Below are positions 60,653-64,000 of a stretch of DNA of 64,000 nt, piece by piece. Each line of letters begins with the position of its first letter. Within the stretch, counting starts at the first letter, position 1. A program made the position numbers and the translations under genes. This stretch comes from a bacterium (GTDB taxonomy: Bacteria > UBA8248). The stretch lies in the NCBI GenBank assembly GCA_965219955.1, contig OZ244799.1, positions 2,816,001 to 2,880,000 on the forward strand, in the 5' to 3' direction. The notes beneath the pieces are model-generated. The model searched no databases. It saw only the letters and a program-made list of their open reading frames with translations, and had not been told where the DNA came from.

Positions 60653-61396
60653 ATGAGACTGAAAGACAAGAACGCCCTCGTCACGGGCGCTGCGCAGGGC
60701 ATCGGCCGCTCGGTCTGCCAACGCTTCGCCGAAGAAGGCGCCAAGGTGCTCGTCGTCGACATGAACGAGGAAGGCGGCGAGGAGACGGCGCGCCTGATAA
60801 GGGAAGCCGGGGGGGAGGCGCTCTTCCACAAGGCCGACGTGAGCAGCCTCGAAGAAGTCGAGGGCGCGCTCGACGCGTCCGAGGCCGCGCACGGGCCCAT
60901 CCACGTCATGGTGAACAACGCCGGCATCGTGCGCGCGGCCATGCTCCACAAAATGAGCGAAGAACAATGGGACTCCGTGATCGCCGTGCACTTGAAGGGC
61001 ACCTGGACGGGCATCCACGCGGCGGCCAAGCGCATGATCCCCCGGAAGGAGGGCCGCATCATCAACGTCACCTCGGGCGCGGGGCTTCGCGGCACCATCG
61101 GGCAGATCAACTACTCCTCCGCCAAGATGGGCATCGTCGGCGCGACGCAGAGCGCGGCCCGCGAACTGGGACGCCACAACATCACCGTGAACTGCGTCTC
61201 GCCCGCGGCCATCACCCCGATGACGGAGACGATTCGCACGGACGAGCGCTTTGAATCGAAGTATCTCGAGCGCATCTGCCTGGGCCGGTGGGGCGAGCCC
61301 GAGGAGATGGCGGCGGGGTTCGTCTTTCTCGCTTCGGACGAGGCGAGCTACGTGACCGGCATCGTGCTCCGAATCGACGGCGGGCTGGGGATGTGA
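60653..61396 (+). CDS. Short-chain dehydrogenase (FabG-like 3-oxoacyl reductase)
   Basis: TGAAQGIG, NNAG, YSSAK. Confidence 0.93.
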   Translation: MRLKDKNALVTGAAQGIGRSVCQRFAEEGAKVLVVDMNEEGGEETARLIREAGGEALFHKADVSSLEEVEGALDASEAAHGPIHVMVNNAGIVRAAMLHKMSEEQWDSVIAVHLKGTWTGIHAAAKRMIPRKEGRIINVTSGAGLRGTIGQINYSSAKMGIVGATQSAARELGRHNITVNCVSPAAITPMTETIRTDERFESKYLERICLGRWGEPEEMAAGFVFLASDEASYVTGIVLRIDGGLGM

Positions 61397-61531
61397 TTTG
61401 TAGGGACAGGTCGCGACCTGTCCCTACGGGAATAACCCTCGCTCCCCACCCCCCATCTGGCATCCCCATGAACGGCCTGCTAGAATCGCCGGAGGTTTTG
61501 CCCCTACACGAAAGATGCGGAGGAACCGCCC

Positions 61532-62560
61532 ATGAAGGCCATGATCCTTAAAGAGTTCGGCAAACCCCTCGTCTATGAGGAGGCGCCCGAGCCCAAGATC
61601 GGCCCCCGCCAGGTGCTCGTCGAATCGAAGGCGAACGGCCTTTGCGCGACGGACTTGAAGATAGTGGACGGAAGCGTCAAGTCGGCCCCCACGCCCCTGA
61701 TGCTCGGCCACGAGAATTCCGGCGTCGTGCTGGAAGTCGGCGCGGAAGTCGAATCCGTCGCCCCCGGCGACCGCGTGGTCGTCGTGAGCAAACAGACCTG
61801 CGGGCGCTGCCGCATGTGCCGCCTGGGCCATGAGGAGATGTGCCTGAACTCGCCGGGACGGCTGGGCATCGAAATAGACGGCGGCTTCGGCCAACTCGTC
61901 GCGGCTTCCGAGCGGAATCTCGTCAAAATCGGGGAGAACGTCTCCCTGGCGGCGGCCTCTCTCATCGGCGGGACGCTCGGCTCCCCGCTCCACGCCATCC
62001 GCATGGCGCGGCCCGAACTCGGCGAGTGCGCCGTGATATTCGGGGTGGGAGGACTGGGGCTGCACGCCCTCCAGATCCTCCGCCACCTGGGCGCGAACGT
62101 CATCGCCGTGGACGTGAAGGAGGAAAAACTCGCCAAGGCGCGCGAACTGGGCGCCTTCGAGACCGTGAACGCCATGGAGACCGACCCGGTCAAGGCCGTG
62201 ATGGACATCACGGACGGCTTCGGGGCGGACATCGCGCTCGAGATCGTCGGCGGAGCCGCCGTGCCGCCCGTGCTCCAGCAGTGCATCGACCTGCTCCGGC
62301 CCGGCGGCCGCCTCGTCATCCTGGGCTATTCCTTCGGCCAGAAGGTGGAAATCGACCCCGCGCAACTCGTCTACAAGTGGATACAGATCGTCGCGTCGCA
62401 CAACCACACCGTGCGCGACGTAAGCGATGCCGCGAGCCTGGTGAACGATGGCCGCGTGCGCGCCGTCATCACCGAGGAAGCCCCGATGCCCGACGCCAAC
62501 GACGCGCTGGCCGCCCTGCGCGCGGGCGACCCGGTGGGCCGCATCGTGCTCACGTGGTGA
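61532..62560 (+). CDS. Zinc-dependent medium-chain alcohol dehydrogenase
   Basis: CATD, GHE, CGRCRMC.....C, GVGGLG. Confidence 0.92.
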   Translation: MKAMILKEFGKPLVYEEAPEPKIGPRQVLVESKANGLCATDLKIVDGSVKSAPTPLMLGHENSGVVLEVGAEVESVAPGDRVVVVSKQTCGRCRMCRLGHEEMCLNSPGRLGIEIDGGFGQLVAASERNLVKIGENVSLAAASLIGGTLGSPLHAIRMARPELGECAVIFGVGGLGLHALQILRHLGANVIAVDVKEEKLAKARELGAFETVNAMETDPVKAVMDITDGFGADIALEIVGGAAVPPVLQQCIDLLRPGGRLVILGYSFGQKVEIDPAQLVYKWIQIVASHNHTVRDVSDAASLVNDGRVRAVITEEAPMPDANDALAALRAGDPVGRIVLTW

Positions 62561-62623
62561 GGCGACCGGCCCGGTGAACTCATAAACCAGCAATACCCTT
62601 ACAACGCATCCGCAGGAGGCAGC

Positions 62624-64000
62624 ATGTCGCATCGAATCGAAACCGACAGCATGGGCGAGATCGAGGTGCCCGAAGACAAATACTACGGCGCGCAGACGGC
62701 GCGCTCGCTCGTTCACTTCAAGATAGGCGGCGACCGCTTCCCGCGCGAGGTCATCCGCGCGCTGGGAATCCTGAAGAAAGCCGCCGCGGTGACGAACGAG
62801 GAGTTGGGGATTCTCGATTCCGGGAAGGCCGCGCTCATCAACCAGGCGGCGGATGAGGTGATCGCGGGCGATCTGGACGCGCATTTCCCGCTCGTCGTCT
62901 GGCAGACCGGCAGCGGCACGCAGACGAACATGAACGCGAACGAGGTCATCGCGAACCGCGCCATCGAAATCGCGGGCGGCGTGATGGGCTCCAAGGACCC
63001 GATCCACCCCAACGACGACGTGAACAAGGCGCAGTCCTCGAACGACACCTTCCCGACGGCGATGCACGTCGCGGCGGGCGAGCAGATGACGAAGAAACTC
63101 ATCCCCGCCGTGGAGATGCTTAGGGCTACGCTCGCGCAGAAGGCGGAGGCCTTCGATTCGATCATCAAGATCGGCCGCACGCATCTCATGGACGCCGTTC
63201 CTCTCACACTCGGCCAGGAGTTCTCGGGCTACGCGCAGCAACTGGAAAACGGTTTGGCGCGCGTCAAAATGTCGCTGGACGGGATTTACGAGCTCGCCCT
63301 CGGCGGAACGGCGGTGGGCACGGGCCTCAACACCCACCCCGACTTCGCGGACAAGGCCGCCGCCCGGATCGCCGAGATGACGGGGCTTCCCTTCCGCAGC
63401 GCGCCCAACAAGTTCGAGGCGCTCGCCGCGCACGATGCGGTCGTGTTCGCGAGCGGTGCGGTGAAGACCCTGGCGGCGTCGCTGATGAAGATAGCGAACG
63501 ACATACGGATGCTGGCGTCCGGCCCCCGCTGCGGCGTGGGCGAGTTGCTCATCCCCGAGAACGAGCCGGGAAGCTCCATCATGCCCGGCAAGGTGAACCC
63601 CACCCAGAGCGAGGCGATGACGATGGTGTGCGCCCAGGTGATGGGCAACGACGTGGCGGTGAACGTGGGCGGCGCGACGGGGCATTTCGAGCTGAACGTG
63701 TTCAAGCCCGTGATGATCTTCAACCTGCTCAATTCAGTCAGGCTGCTGGCCGATGCGTGCGTTTCGTTCAACGAGCACTGCGCGGTGGGCATCGAACCCA
63801 ACCGGCCGGCGATAGAAGGCTATCTCCAGAACTCGCTCATGCTCGTCACGGCGCTGAACCCCGTCATCGGCTACGACAACGCGGCCAGGGTGGCGAAAAA
63901 GGCGTTCACCGAGGGCGGCACCCTGCGCGACGCGGCCATCGCCCTCGACCTCCTCACGGGCGAGGAGTTCGATGCCGCCGTCAAACCCGAGAACATGATC
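62624..64000 (+). CDS. fumC: Fumarate hydratase class II (3' end runs off the window)
   Basis: Manual translation: [11 protein letters not shown]...[38 protein letters not shown]. Absent from the ORF track because it has no stop in the window. Confidence 0.97.
   Translation, partial: MSHRIETDSMGEIEVPEDKYYGAQTARSLVHFKIGGDRFPREVIRALGILKKAAAVTNEELGILDSGKAALINQAADEVIAGDLDAHFPLVVWQTGSGTQTNMNANEVIANRAIEIAGGVMGSKDPIHPNDDVNKAQSSNDTFPTAMHVAAGEQMTKKLIPAVEMLRATLAQKAEAFDSIIKIGRTHLMDAVPLTLGQEFSGYAQQLENGLARVKMSLDGIYELALGGTAVGTGLNTHPDFADKAAARIAEMTGLPFRSAPNKFEALAAHDAVVFASGAVKTLAASLMKIANDIRMLASGPRCGVGELLIPENEPGSSIMPGKVNPTQSEAMTMVCAQVMGNDVAVNVGGATGHFELNVFKPVMIFNLLNSVRLLADACVSFNEHCAVGIEPNRPAIEGYLQNSLMLVTALNPVIGYDNAARVAKKAFTEGGTLRDAAIALDLLTGEEFDAAVKPENMI

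Overview
GC-rich bacterial chromosomal window with four zones. (1) About 1-9.8 kb is an eroded, lower-GC accessory region. It is divided by four diverged, same-orientation copies of a 135-160 bp non-coding element with fixed motif spacing. The cargo between copies is an FRG-TPR protein, an FN3-porin, a poly-G-frameshifted flavin oxidoreductase, IS110 and IS256 stubs and two collapsed hybrid-regulator relics. (2) About 9.9-33 kb holds an adenylate cyclase, a sugar ABC system, M24/M20 hydrolases, an Opp/Dpp ABC operon headed by a UGSC selenoprotein gene pair, and tandem CocE/NonD hydrolases. (3) About 33-42 kb has HicBA and DUF1902 toxin-antitoxin genes and a Mu-like prophage relic that keeps holin, endolysin and gp26/gp27-like genes but no head or tail genes. 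(4) About 42-64 kb is housekeeping and catabolic: LysR-gltBD, metF, peroxiredoxin, SOD, tRNA-Thr and tRNA-Lys, a CMD/MaoC/acyl-CoA ligase cluster containing a CxxU AhpD-like selenoprotein, and fumC. Intergenic spaces are packed with several palindromic REP/MITE families, often enclosed by a common IS-like terminal inverted repeat. The ORF track splits both selenoprotein genes at their in-frame TGA. All family assignments are from motif recognition by eye; no database search was run.
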